64,000 nucleotides of DNA, from positions 24,043 to 88,042 of the IMG/VR virus record IMGVR_UViG_3300034022_000278, one strand, 5' to 3'. Source of the DNA: a virus. Positions 17,244 through 27,315 of the stretch are shown piece after piece. Both the position numbers and the translations under genes were made by a program. The notes below the pieces were generated by a model. The model searched no databases and was not told where the DNA came from. It saw only the letters and a program-made list of their open reading frames with translations. Within the stretch, counting starts at the first letter, position 1, and the number at the start of each line of letters is the position of its first letter.

Positions 17244-17867
17244 ATGCAAGATTTAATTTGGGACGCAGTTCCGACACAGAGAAAGAAGAAAGAAGAGTCT
17301 TTCTCATTACCAACAATGACAATGTCTGCAATCGCTAAAGTAGGAGCAGGTAGAAAGTTTAGTTTTAATAAAGCAGCGCAAGGTTCTTTAGGAATCGAAG
17401 GGGGAGAAAGAGTTTCTTTCGGTTTTACAGCTGATGGTGCACAAATCTTTATTCGTAAAGTATTTGGAGAAATCGAAGGATTCGGTTTAACTCAATCATG
17501 TACTATTAGTGATAAGAAAACTTACGAGTTTATTGCTAAAAGATTAGGATTAAATACTGAAGTAGAGAATCATTTTGATGTTCTTCCTTTAGCAGGATAT
17601 TCTGAATTAGTTCTTAGAACAGCAGTTGCTGAAGAAGTGATGGAGTTTAATACTGTAGATTTAGGTGAAGTATCTGACGAAGAAGACATGGATGCTGATC
17701 TATCTACTATTCCTGGAACACCTGAAGGAGGAGCTCTTTACGAAATGGCAGACCACACTATGGAAGTAGAAGATGCTTTAGTAGAAGAGACTATCGAAGA
17801 TGAAGTCGATGAAATGCTTGAACTTGAAGAAGACGAAGAAGAGAACGACGAAGAAGGAGTTTGGTAA
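17244..17867 (+). CDS. Hypothetical protein with very acidic C-terminal tail
   Basis: 207 aa; last ~45 aa dominated by D/E, ends in W. Confidence 0.8.
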   Translation: MQDLIWDAVPTQRKKKEESFSLPTMTMSAIAKVGAGRKFSFNKAAQGSLGIEGGERVSFGFTADGAQIFIRKVFGEIEGFGLTQSCTISDKKTYEFIAKRLGLNTEVENHFDVLPLAGYSELVLRTAVAEEVMEFNTVDLGEVSDEEDMDADLSTIPGTPEGGALYEMADHTMEVEDALVEETIEDEVDEMLELEEDEEENDEEGVW

Positions 17868-17915
17868 GAAGTAATTAAGTAAGTAAATAATTAACAATTT
17901 TAAATAATAAACAAT

Positions 17916-18512
17916 ATGATCAATTTAAATGACGCATCATTTGATGCAGCAGAAGGTAAAGCAATTTTCAATGGCGGAAATGCAGGTGTAGCAGAAAATG
18001 TTATGATGACAGTAGAGAAGAAAAAGGCTGATGATAAGCCTAATTCTCCTGATTACAAGTTATCATTTACCGATGCAAATGGTGGAACTTGTAACACAAG
18101 TTTTTGGTATGTAGAAAAAGCTACAGATTACTCTACAGTTGCTGAGCTAATCCAAAAGCAAGGTAAAGTTCTTAAGCATGTTATCCATGCAATTTATGGA
18201 GATGCTTACCAATTTCCTACAGGATTTAACAGCGCTAAAGAATTGTTAGACGGTTGTATGCAACTTATCCGTACTGGATTAGGTACAGGTCTTAAATTCC
18301 GAGTATTTGCTAATTACGGTTCTACTCAAGGAATTAAGGATTATATTCAGCCAAGAAGTTGGGTGCCTTTCTTGGAGCCAATGTCTGTTGCTATCGCTGA
18401 TACTCGCCTAAAAGCAGGTAATATCGATGCAATGGCACGTATTCAAAAAGATTCATTTGTTGCTAGCGGAACTGCTAATGCAAATGATATTGTCGCTGGA
18501 GACGAGTGGTGA
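17916..18512 (+). CDS. Putative single-stranded DNA-binding protein
   Basis: Beta-rich N-terminus, acidic-aromatic C-terminus GDEW; lies between Sak4-like ATPase and primase. Confidence 0.5.
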   Translation: MINLNDASFDAAEGKAIFNGGNAGVAENVMMTVEKKKADDKPNSPDYKLSFTDANGGTCNTSFWYVEKATDYSTVAELIQKQGKVLKHVIHAIYGDAYQFPTGFNSAKELLDGCMQLIRTGLGTGLKFRVFANYGSTQGIKDYIQPRSWVPFLEPMSVAIADTRLKAGNIDAMARIQKDSFVASGTANANDIVAGDEW

Positions 18513-18532
18513 GAAAAAAATAATTAATTTTA

Positions 18533-18566
18533 CTGAGGGGGACACTAATGTCCTCCTCATTTTTTT
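18533..18566 (+). terminator. Rho-independent terminator/attenuator before primase
   Basis: TGAGGGGGACA/TGTCCTCCTCA stem + T7 run directly before the primase ATG. Confidence 0.75.
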
Positions 18567-19571
18567 ATGAAAGAAATCAATCTAAATTCAATAGTATTTA
18601 ATAGTCAGATTACGAGAGAGGACATTCTTAAGCATGTTACGCAAGAAGAAATCTATTCGTTCTATTTGGGAGAAGATATTACACATTTAGGAATATTTCA
18701 CAGTCCTTTACGGGAAGATAATATTCCATCGTTTGCTTTGTATTTTCACAAGGTAAATAGAAACATTCTAATGTTTTATGACTTTGCCACAAAAGATTGT
18801 GGTGACTTTGTAGTATTAGTTATGAGAATGTTTAATGTTGATTATCCTGAAGCTTTAAAGAAAATTACTTTTGATTTAGGACTATCCAATTTTAGTGTAG
18901 ATCTTACTAAGCAAGTGATATCTTATACAAGAATTATTCATAAGGATAAAATTAAATTGGGAATTAAAACAAGACCCTGGAATTATAGAGATAAAGAATT
19001 TTGGAATTCTTTTGGTATTTGTAAAGCTACATTATTAAAATTTAATGTACATCCTATTAGTTATGTGTTTTATAACGACACTGCCGTTAAGGCCCACGAA
19101 CAAGCCTATGCTTATGTGGAAATAAAAGATAATAGAGTAAGTTATAAAATCTATCAACCAACAGAGATTAAAATTAAAAAATGGATTAATAATGCAGATT
19201 ATTCTGTACACCAAGGTTATACACAATTGCCTAAATCTGGTGATATGTTAATTATTACTAAGTCTTTAAAAGATGTTATGAGTATTCACGATTGTTTAGA
19301 TATACCTGCTATAGGCCTACAATCTGAGAGTGTAATGATGAAAGATTCAGTAATGGATGAATATAAATCTAGATTTAAAAAAGTAATTTGTCTATTTGAC
19401 AATGATGAAGCAGGTAAGAAATTATCTAAGAGCTTCACAGAAAAGTATGATATTCCATATTTCTTTGTGCCTGAAATGCCTAAAGTTACAGACTTCAGTG
19501 ATTTAGTTAGAGTAGTAGGTAAGCAAGGAGCTGTGGATATTGTAAAATTAAAAATTAAGAAGTATGAATAG
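18567..19571 (+). CDS. DNA primase (Toprim)
   Basis: SPLREDNIPSF N-terminal region, TKSLKDVM, FDNDEAG, C-terminal DFSD. Confidence 0.88.
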   Translation: MKEINLNSIVFNSQITREDILKHVTQEEIYSFYLGEDITHLGIFHSPLREDNIPSFALYFHKVNRNILMFYDFATKDCGDFVVLVMRMFNVDYPEALKKITFDLGLSNFSVDLTKQVISYTRIIHKDKIKLGIKTRPWNYRDKEFWNSFGICKATLLKFNVHPISYVFYNDTAVKAHEQAYAYVEIKDNRVSYKIYQPTEIKIKKWINNADYSVHQGYTQLPKSGDMLIITKSLKDVMSIHDCLDIPAIGLQSESVMMKDSVMDEYKSRFKKVICLFDNDEAGKKLSKSFTEKYDIPYFFVPEMPKVTDFSDLVRVVGKQGAVDIVKLKIKKYE

Positions 19572-19617
19572 AGCGGACACATTAAGTAAAACTAGTAAAG
19601 ATTTAATGATGAAAGAG
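19564..19617 (+). pseudogene. Orphaned original 5' end of the metallopeptidase-VWA gene
   Basis: Translates MNRADTLSKTSKDLMMKE, aligning with KADSLAQTSKHLMLSE at 20450; similarity ends at the endonuclease insertion. Confidence 0.8.
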
Positions 19618-20427
19618 CAACGATTTAAATTTGTCGTACTTTCTATCTAAATAATAATTAGCATCATTGTAAAGGTAATCAGATATTTTAATTAAATTTT
19701 GTTTACCTTGATATGTTAAAACATGTAATTGAGTAATCTTACAATTTTTAGGATTATATAATTTAGTTTTATTAAGGTAAAGTTCTTTTATTAAAATACT
19801 TTGCACTTTACTTAAAAAATCAAAAGGACCTAACATACTAAAAAGATAATCTTTGTTTATATTATTAGTATAAATACAACCGTCTCCATCAAAATACCCT
19901 CTTATAAAATGATGGTATAAATTTTCGGAAATAGTTGTAGGAAAAGTTAGCGTAGTGCCTTTATTGGGGTAAAGTCCATGAGGCAAAAGATCTTGTATAA
20001 GGTTAGGAGCAGTAATAGAAAGTTTCCACTGTTGCTGTCGATTTCCTAATTTTTTAACAGAAAGAATAGGTCCTGTATAATTTAACACATCTTTAAATTT
20101 TACAAGAATTGGTTTATCTTTTTCTTGTAAACTTATAGATAATACTTTTTTAGTTACATTACCATCTGCATATAACAGCCCTAAAAAATAAGCTTTTTCC
20201 TCAGTATTAATTATACTAAAAAAATCTTGATTGTGGGAATACTTAGTAGAAGATTGGGATAATGTTCTTATTTGAGTATTAGATTTTTTAATAATTGAAT
20301 AAATAGTTTGAGGAGTACAATTACATAATTTTGCTATTACATAACAAGATTTGCCCGAAATATAGGAATCTATAATTTCTAATTTTGTCATAGGTAATTT
20401 GTACCCTTTATTCTGTTTTATAACCAT
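19603..20427 (-). mobile_element. Free-standing LAGLIDADG homing endonuclease with N-terminal HTH
   Basis: AYFLGLLYADGN and FIRGYFDGDG motifs; antisense to all neighbours; no intron core recognisable. Confidence 0.9.
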
Positions 20428-20431
20428 AGTA

Positions 20432-20439
20432 CAAATATA
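20432..20439 (-). promoter_or_regulatory. Bacteroidota sigma-A type -7 element (TATATTTG) for the endonuclease
   Basis: TAnnTTTG 4 nt upstream of the ATG at 20427, implying an essentially leaderless mRNA. Confidence 0.6.
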
Positions 20440-20449
20440 ATATTATAAT

Positions 20450-22750
20450 ATGAATATACAAACCAAAGCTGATAGTTTAGCACAAACTTCCAAGCATCTT
20501 ATGCTTTCCGAGCCCTATTACGGGTTCTTTCTCATTTTATTAAATAAATTATGGTACACAAAAGTACCCACGGCTGGCGTTGGTAAACAAGGAATAAATT
20601 ATCAGCTAGTCATTAATCCTACTTTTTGGGAAGAGTTATCGGAAGACCATAGATTAGGCCTTCTAAAACATGAGCTCAATTAGGGCTCCTTATACAGTAA
20701 TGTATATGTAAAATGTCTTAAATTGACGGGGACCCCCTAAAGTTTTATCTACTAAGCATGCACCGTGAGGTAGTATGTGGCTGACTTAATTACTCAGGTA
20801 TAGTAAAAAAGATAAAAATGTCCGAATGGGAAATCCGCAGCCAAATTTCTTGGTTATATGATTTATTTTTGGTATATTGCAGTATAAATACTTACATATA
20901 TGAAAACAGAAATAGAACAAAAAGTAATTGATTATTATATTACTGATAAGTTATCAGGTAAAAAGATTGCGAGTTTATTACAAATAAATGTAAAAACAGT
21001 TTTTGCAATTTTAAAAAGAAATAATGTAAAATCAAGGACTTTGTCTGAATCAACAATGAAATACACTTGTCAAGATGATTTTTTTAATGTTATAAACACA
21101 GAAAAGAAAGCATATTGGCTAGGAGTACTATTTGCTGATGGTAATATTACAAAAAAAGCAAGTAAATCGGGACAAATTATTTTTTCATCAAAAGATAAAG
21201 AATGGGTAGAACTATTTTTATTAGATGTTGGCTCAAATAATTCCCCCAATTGTGAATATCATAAATTATTTAAAAAATATATATGGAAAGCTCAGATAAC
21301 TTCTGCGCAAATGTATGATGATTTAAATAACTTAGGATGTACACCAGCTAAAACTAAAACAATTAGAGTGCCTATATTAAATGATGCATTAATGCACCAC
21401 TTTATTAGAGGATATTTTGATGGTGATGGTACAGTTGGTGTTTATAAAAATCTAAAAAATAATGATTGGAAAATTATAAAGTCAGGTTTTTGTTCGGGCT
21501 CACAAGAATTTATTATTGACGTATTAAGTATATTACCAGTAAAAAATAAAACTATTAAACATAGTAAAGAATGTTATATTACACAACATTCCTTGCAAGA
21601 CACTTTTAATCTATTTGGTTACATGTATAAAGATTGTACTACATGTTTAGAAAGAAAGAGACAAGTTTTTATTAATTACTTAGACACATATAAACCAAGA
21701 AAGAGGTTCAACGACTACAATAGACCATCCTAATAAGGATGAAGGTATAGTCTGATCTCATGTGAAAGCATGAGTTAACAAAAATGTTTGCATATTGCTT
21801 TTGGTCACTTAAGTGCTGTATTTAAATTTAGTGATAGAAAATTAGCTAATATAGCTATGGATATGGAGATTAATCAATATATTATTCCTGAATGGTTACC
21901 TAAAGGAGGCATTGATATTGACAAATATCCAGAATTAAATTTAGACAGAAAAGCAGGTTGTAGATATTACTATGACAAGCTTAAGCAAGCTAAGGATAAA
22001 AAAGATCAAACTGGTACTAGTGGCAGCGATGCATTTGATAGACTGTGCGATCAAATGGACGGTGACGGTGAAGGCCTACCTGACCATAGCACATGGGACG
22101 AGTTCGAAGATTTATCTGAGGCAGAACAAAAGCTAATAGAAAAGCAAACGCAAAGACTCTTAGGCACTGCTAAAGAACAGACTTTAAAGAAGCAAGGTAA
22201 TGTTCCTAATGAGATGAATGATCTAATTCAATTAGATGTAATATTACCCCCAAAATTTGATTGGAAGGGATATATTAGAAGGTTTACTGGAATTAGCACA
22301 AAGGTGTTTACTAAGAAGATACGCAGAAAAGAGAATAAAAGATACGAAGGTAATCCTGGTCTTAAAATTAAAATGAGACAAAAGATGCTATTAGCTATCG
22401 ATACCTCTGGATCTGTTAGTACTCAAGAGCTTGGAGAATTTATGAATGAAATATATCATATTTACAAAGCAGGTGTAGAAATTACTATTGTTCAATGTGA
22501 TACTGAAATTCACAGTATTGAAGATTACAAAGGCAAGTTTGAATTAAAAATATCTGGTAGAGGTGGGACAGAATTTGACCCCGTATTAGATTATTTTGAA
22601 AAAAATACACAATTTACTAGTTTAATATATTTCACTGATGGTGAATGTTATACTAATAAAAAGCCTTCAAAGAAAGTATTATGGGTATTGTCTGAACAAT
22701 CAACTATGAATGAAGCCCTTCCTGGGAAAGTAATAAAATTAGAACTTTAA
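20450..22750 (+). CDS. Metallopeptidase (DUF2201-like)-VWA protein, spliced: join(20450..20676,21787..22750), 396 aa
   Basis: Splicing restores KHELLHIAFGH (HExxH); MIDAS DTSGS, GRGGT, FTDG. Confidence 0.9.
20677..21786 (+). mobile_element. Group I self-splicing intron
   Basis: P1 GAGCT/GGCTC with U-G at the 5' splice site, omega-G at 21786; core motifs AAATTGACGGGG, AATCCGCAGC, TCAACGACTA, GGTATAGTCT; removal restores frame. Confidence 0.92.
20900..21733 (+). CDS. Intron-encoded LAGLIDADG homing endonuclease
   Basis: AYWLGVLFADGN and FIRGYFDGDG; 3' end runs into the intron core. Confidence 0.92.
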   Translation: MKTEIEQKVIDYYITDKLSGKKIASLLQINVKTVFAILKRNNVKSRTLSESTMKYTCQDDFFNVINTEKKAYWLGVLFADGNITKKASKSGQIIFSSKDKEWVELFLLDVGSNNSPNCEYHKLFKKYIWKAQITSAQMYDDLNNLGCTPAKTKTIRVPILNDALMHHFIRGYFDGDGTVGVYKNLKNNDWKIIKSGFCSGSQEFIIDVLSILPVKNKTIKHSKECYITQHSLQDTFNLFGYMYKDCTTCLERKRQVFINYLDTYKPRKRFNDYNRPS

Positions 22751-22760
22751 AAAATTAAAT

Positions 22761-23930
22761 ATGAGTCAAGTAAAATTAAATGTAGATGAGTTAAAATCAT
22801 TTATCAAGCATATTGTGCATAATAATCAGGTTATCCAAACTCAAGGTAAAGTGCCTGTTACTATTAACGTAGTGGGTGATGCTGGTCTAGGAAAAACTTC
22901 TGCAATATTGCAGTCGGGTTCTGAATTAGGCCTAGAAGTAGTTAAATTAAATCTATCACAATTAGAAGAATTAGGTGATTTAATTGGTTTTCCAGTTAAA
23001 GAATATAAAGTTAAGAATGCAGAAGGTAAAACTTTATGGATTACTGAGCAAGAGATTGCTACTGCAGGTGAGAAAGGCTATAGAGTTGTAGATAAAAGAA
23101 TGACACATGCCGCACCAGAATGGATTCAGGGTAAAGGTGAGGGTGGATTCTTATTATTAGATGATTTCTCAAGAGCTGACCATAGATTTCAGCAAGCTGT
23201 AATGGAAATATGTGACCGTCAAGAGTATATTTCTTGGAAATTGCCTAAGAACTGGCACGTTATCCTTTCTTCTAATCCTGACAATGGTGATTACAATGTA
23301 ACTTCATTGGATGTTGCGCAGCAAACTAGATTTATTTCTGTTGAGCTAAAGTATGATGTTAATGTATGGGCTAAATGGGCAGAAAATGTAGGAATAGATG
23401 GTAGATGTATCAACTTTATGTTGATGAATCCTGAATTAGTAACTCAAAGAGTTAATCCAAGATCTGTAACTACATTCTTTAACTCTATTAGTTCTATCCA
23501 AAAGTTTGATGATGAGTTACCAATGATTCAAATGATTGGTGAAGGTTCCGTTGGAACAGACTTTAGTTCTATGTTTACTATGTTTATCAATAATAAGTTA
23601 GATAAAATTATAAGCCCTGAAGATATCTTAACAAAAGATGCAGGTTATGTATTTGGCTCTTTAAAAGATATGATTGGTGAAGGTGATGAGTTTAGAGCAG
23701 ATATCTCAAGTGTAGTAGCTACTAGAATTATTAATTATTCTATAACTAAAGCTGCAACCAGCAGCATTGCCGACCCTATAATTCAAAGATTAGTGGCTAT
23801 AACTACCGATTGTGAGTCTTTCACAGACGATTTGAAGTATTATATCATTAAGGAGCTGTTAAACGGTAATAAGCCTAAATTTAGTAAAATAATGTTAAAC
23901 GCAAAGGTCGCTAATATGGCCATAAAATAA
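22761..23930 (+). CDS. MoxR-like AAA+ ATPase
   Basis: GDAGLGKT, LLLDDFSR, SSNP, QTRF; adjacent to VWA gene. Confidence 0.88.
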   Translation: MSQVKLNVDELKSFIKHIVHNNQVIQTQGKVPVTINVVGDAGLGKTSAILQSGSELGLEVVKLNLSQLEELGDLIGFPVKEYKVKNAEGKTLWITEQEIATAGEKGYRVVDKRMTHAAPEWIQGKGEGGFLLLDDFSRADHRFQQAVMEICDRQEYISWKLPKNWHVILSSNPDNGDYNVTSLDVAQQTRFISVELKYDVNVWAKWAENVGIDGRCINFMLMNPELVTQRVNPRSVTTFFNSISSIQKFDDELPMIQMIGEGSVGTDFSSMFTMFINNKLDKIISPEDILTKDAGYVFGSLKDMIGEGDEFRADISSVVATRIINYSITKAATSSIADPIIQRLVAITTDCESFTDDLKYYIIKELLNGNKPKFSKIMLNAKVANMAIK

Positions 23931-23935
23931 AGATT

Positions 23936-25108
23936 ATGAAAAATATTTTAGTATTTAGTACAGAAGGTTCAGAAATAAATCCTGACAACAGCATTAAAAG
24001 ATTGTATTTAGATGTAGAGACAATTATTGTTGTAGATAACGAGGAGCAAGAAAACTTTGGAAATCATTCTGGTGCAGATTATACTCCTAAAATAGGCGAT
24101 AAATTATATTTTATGCCTAATGTAAATATTCCTAGAGTTAAGTTAAAAAATCTTATTTTAGATTATAATATCAAAGTAGTTAAGAATATAGAAGATGCTA
24201 CAGCAATATTTGCTAATAGACATTCTTTAAGTAAGATGGTAAATTCTAGAGGATTTTACACTTTACCTGTTGAAAACTTTAAAAATTGTTATGAGATTCT
24301 TAAAGTTGCTTTAGATTTGAGAGAAAAAACTGCAATCGAAACAGCTTTAGAATTTTATACTGAAGATATTGTATTTTTAAATTGGGAGTCTTTAAGTATA
24401 ATTACTAATGGAGATTTGCAAATTTATAAAAATAGTATAATTAACGAAGGCACTTTAGCGTATTCAAAGAGAAGTTCTGTTCATATACAAACTATTTCTC
24501 CTGGTGATGCTAGGATTCTTAAGGATATAGAAGGCAAATCTATTTACAGCGATGGTAGTTTAGTTTCTAACTTAAATGGAGACGACGCTGTGTTGATAGA
24601 TGCAGTAGTTTATGAGCAGTTAGCACAAATGTTTAAAAGTAGCGATTTAGATAACACCGTAATTGCAATGGAGATTATGGCAAATAGTAAGTATAAGGAA
24701 AGTTTACTTTATATTCACTTGCTATTTAAAGAACATTATAATGCAATTGCAGAAAGTCATACTAAAAATCACGTTAATTTCAAAGCATTATTGTCTTATT
24801 TAGGCAAAGATAATTACTCATTAGAAAGTAAATTAGATACTATTGTAGATAGTTTAATTCTTAAAGGAGTATTAACTGAAGATATGTTAAATATTCTAAT
24901 GACTAAGTATTCTCAACAAATAGTAAATCACGGAAGTTCTAGATATTTCAGAGTTAAAAGTGTTACTGCAATTGATCAAGTTTTACAGATTGTCAATAGC
25001 AATTACAATTACACTACAATGCCTGATTTTATTCCAATAGTAATAGCGGAAGAAACAGTAATAGAGGATATTCCTGCTATTAGCGAATCGGACCTTCAAT
25101 GGTTATAA
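23936..25108 (+). CDS. Hypothetical protein linked to the VWA/MoxR pair
   Basis: 390-aa ORF. Confidence 0.8.
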   Translation: MKNILVFSTEGSEINPDNSIKRLYLDVETIIVVDNEEQENFGNHSGADYTPKIGDKLYFMPNVNIPRVKLKNLILDYNIKVVKNIEDATAIFANRHSLSKMVNSRGFYTLPVENFKNCYEILKVALDLREKTAIETALEFYTEDIVFLNWESLSIITNGDLQIYKNSIINEGTLAYSKRSSVHIQTISPGDARILKDIEGKSIYSDGSLVSNLNGDDAVLIDAVVYEQLAQMFKSSDLDNTVIAMEIMANSKYKESLLYIHLLFKEHYNAIAESHTKNHVNFKALLSYLGKDNYSLESKLDTIVDSLILKGVLTEDMLNILMTKYSQQIVNHGSSRYFRVKSVTAIDQVLQIVNSNYNYTTMPDFIPIVIAEETVIEDIPAISESDLQWL

Positions 25109-25118
25109 AAACACAAAT

Positions 25119-25649
25119 ATGGTTAGTGAACTTAAATTAGAGTTCCCAGAATTTATTACGCATATACCACAAAATAAGAAAGTATGGGTTAAAATTGGTT
25201 ATAATAAAATCCATGCATCCGTGCATTTTTCAACAAGAGCCGCCTTAGTTGCGGCTATGCACGGTTATATAGAAAAACATATTCCAGAAAATTTAACAAT
25301 ACAAGGCCCAGTAGAAACTCGTCTTACGGTGTATGCTCCAATAAATTTTGGGGGAATGAAAATGATCATCGACAAGGTCACGGGAAAAAGAAAAGTAAGT
25401 TGGAAACCTGCTGCAGCGGACTATGAACCAAATTGGGATATAGGAAACTTAGCATTAATTTGGCTTAAGTGCTTAGATGATGTATTAATCAAGAAAGGAA
25501 TTATTCCTGAAGATAATATTAAACATTTAAGAAAAACTAGTTACGAATTCATCCCTGTATTAAATTTTAAAGATAGAAAGTTAGTGTATGAAATTAAGAC
25601 ACTAGAATTAACTCTTGAAGATTTAGTACGAGGATTAATAAAAAAATAA
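25119..25649 (+). CDS. RusA-like Holliday junction resolvase
   Basis: DIGN...KCLDDVL...IIPEDN acidic pattern. Confidence 0.65.
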   Translation: MVSELKLEFPEFITHIPQNKKVWVKIGYNKIHASVHFSTRAALVAAMHGYIEKHIPENLTIQGPVETRLTVYAPINFGGMKMIIDKVTGKRKVSWKPAAADYEPNWDIGNLALIWLKCLDDVLIKKGIIPEDNIKHLRKTSYEFIPVLNFKDRKLVYEIKTLELTLEDLVRGLIKK

Positions 25650-25651
25650 AT

Positions 25652-26665
25652 ATGGAGTATAGAGATATTAAAAAGTTGAATCAAAGTATCCTTAAAAAGA
25701 TACTTACAAGTCCTAAAGAATATCTAAAAGCAAAAGAAAAACAAGAAAATGGGGAGCAGTCTATCGCTCCTCATTTTGTGTTTGGCAGTGTTGTAGATAT
25801 AATGTTGGTAGGATCTAAGGATGAGTTTGAGGAGAAGTTTGTTAAAATACCTGATGAATCTAAGTGCAGTGAAGCGGTAAAGGCTATCGTAGATGGAGTT
25901 TTTGCAGAGATGGCAGCATTAGGAGGAACTGTAAGTGTAGATAGAAATGTAATTCTTAAACATTGCAACAATGTAGGTTATTATAATAATTGGAAAGATG
26001 ATACTAGAATAGATAAAATTCTAGTAGACGGTAAAGATTATTTTGAGCTGTTAAAGACTACTCAAGGCAAGACTACTATTACAGAAACTGAGTATGCTAA
26101 AGCGCTTAGTTGCGTAATGGCTCTTAAATCTGATGAATTTACTAGACCTTACGTAGACAAAAAACACGACAAAAATGTAGAATTCTGGGATAAATTTATT
26201 ATAGAATTTAGCTACAAAGGTTTTGAACTAAAGGGTGAATTAGATAGAGTTTGTATAAATCACACTAAAAAAACTATAACTCCAATTGACTTTAAAACTA
26301 CAGGAAAACCTATTACAGGATTTGAATATGAGTTTTTTAATTATCGTTACGATTTCCAAGCTGCAGTATATTATTGGGGATTAACACAAGATTCTAAAAT
26401 TAAAGAATTAATGGAACAAGGTTATACTGTAACAGATTTCTTATATATTGTTGTTGAGACTAATCTGACAAACGATCCGATGATATTTAGTGTTGATACA
26501 GATGCACTAGGAATAGGATTCTACGGAGGAACTTTAAGTAGCGGTAAAAAAATGGAAGGATTTAAAGATGCTTTGGAAAGACTACAGTATTGTTTAGATA
26601 ACAATGCTTGGAAGTTCCCAATGGAGTATTATAAAAATGGAGGCAAACTAAATATTAAGATATGA
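25652..26665 (+). CDS. PD-(D/E)XK exonuclease (RecE/DUF3799-like)
   Basis: FGSVVD, KGELDR, IDFKTT, YDFQAAVY. Confidence 0.85.
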   Translation: MEYRDIKKLNQSILKKILTSPKEYLKAKEKQENGEQSIAPHFVFGSVVDIMLVGSKDEFEEKFVKIPDESKCSEAVKAIVDGVFAEMAALGGTVSVDRNVILKHCNNVGYYNNWKDDTRIDKILVDGKDYFELLKTTQGKTTITETEYAKALSCVMALKSDEFTRPYVDKKHDKNVEFWDKFIIEFSYKGFELKGELDRVCINHTKKTITPIDFKTTGKPITGFEYEFFNYRYDFQAAVYYWGLTQDSKIKELMEQGYTVTDFLYIVVETNLTNDPMIFSVDTDALGIGFYGGTLSSGKKMEGFKDALERLQYCLDNNAWKFPMEYYKNGGKLNIKI

Positions 26666-27279
26666 GTTTAGTTAAATATACTAAGACTTCTACCTTTTTG
26701 TTTCCATTATTAGAAATTCCTAAAGCACTATTTACTTGCAATGTTAAAACTATTTTAGGTAAACAAATGTTTACTCTAAGATTTATAAACTCTTATTTAT
26801 TTGATGAGAACGTTGCTTTGTATAGAGAAAATTGTATATTTTTATTGATTAAGAATTACCGAGATGTAGATTTTGAAACATTTTACACCACAATGCGAGC
26901 ATTTCCTAATTATAGGGATTCCTATGAGAAGAATAATTATCTTATTATGGTGTATGCAGTGTCCGAAGAGATGTTACCTGATTATACTTTAATATTAAAT
27001 GGCAAATATTCAGAGATAAGTGCTGCTGCTAAGAAATTAATTCTTAGTAATCACTTCTTTTCTGGTAAAGCATTTACGCTACCGTTGATATTAAATAAAT
27101 CTGAGTCTCTAAAAGATAGTTGGGAAGATAGATTATCTTCTCCTACAGCTCCTGCGTATTTATATGACCAAGAAGTTTGGCCAATTATAGATAGAGATGT
27201 GGAAAAATTAGACAATAATATGCTTAAAGAATTTGCTTATACTGATAGCAAACTAGAGCCAAGTGGGGAATTTAATTAA
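26662..27279 (+). CDS. Hypothetical protein
   Basis: 205-aa ORF (TFLFPLL...GKYSEIS). Confidence 0.8.
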   Translation: MSLVKYTKTSTFLFPLLEIPKALFTCNVKTILGKQMFTLRFINSYLFDENVALYRENCIFLLIKNYRDVDFETFYTTMRAFPNYRDSYEKNNYLIMVYAVSEEMLPDYTLILNGKYSEISAAAKKLILSNHFFSGKAFTLPLILNKSESLKDSWEDRLSSPTAPAYLYDQEVWPIIDRDVEKLDNNMLKEFAYTDSKLEPSGEFN

Positions 27280-27315
27280 GAGTTCCCCTCTTGATTAATC
27301 ACTAAAACAATTAAC

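Noticed and set aside
19618-20449. Second group I intron around the antisense endonuclease
   Set aside because: No P/Q/R/S core or non-coding room for one; the duplicated N-terminus explains gene continuity without splicing
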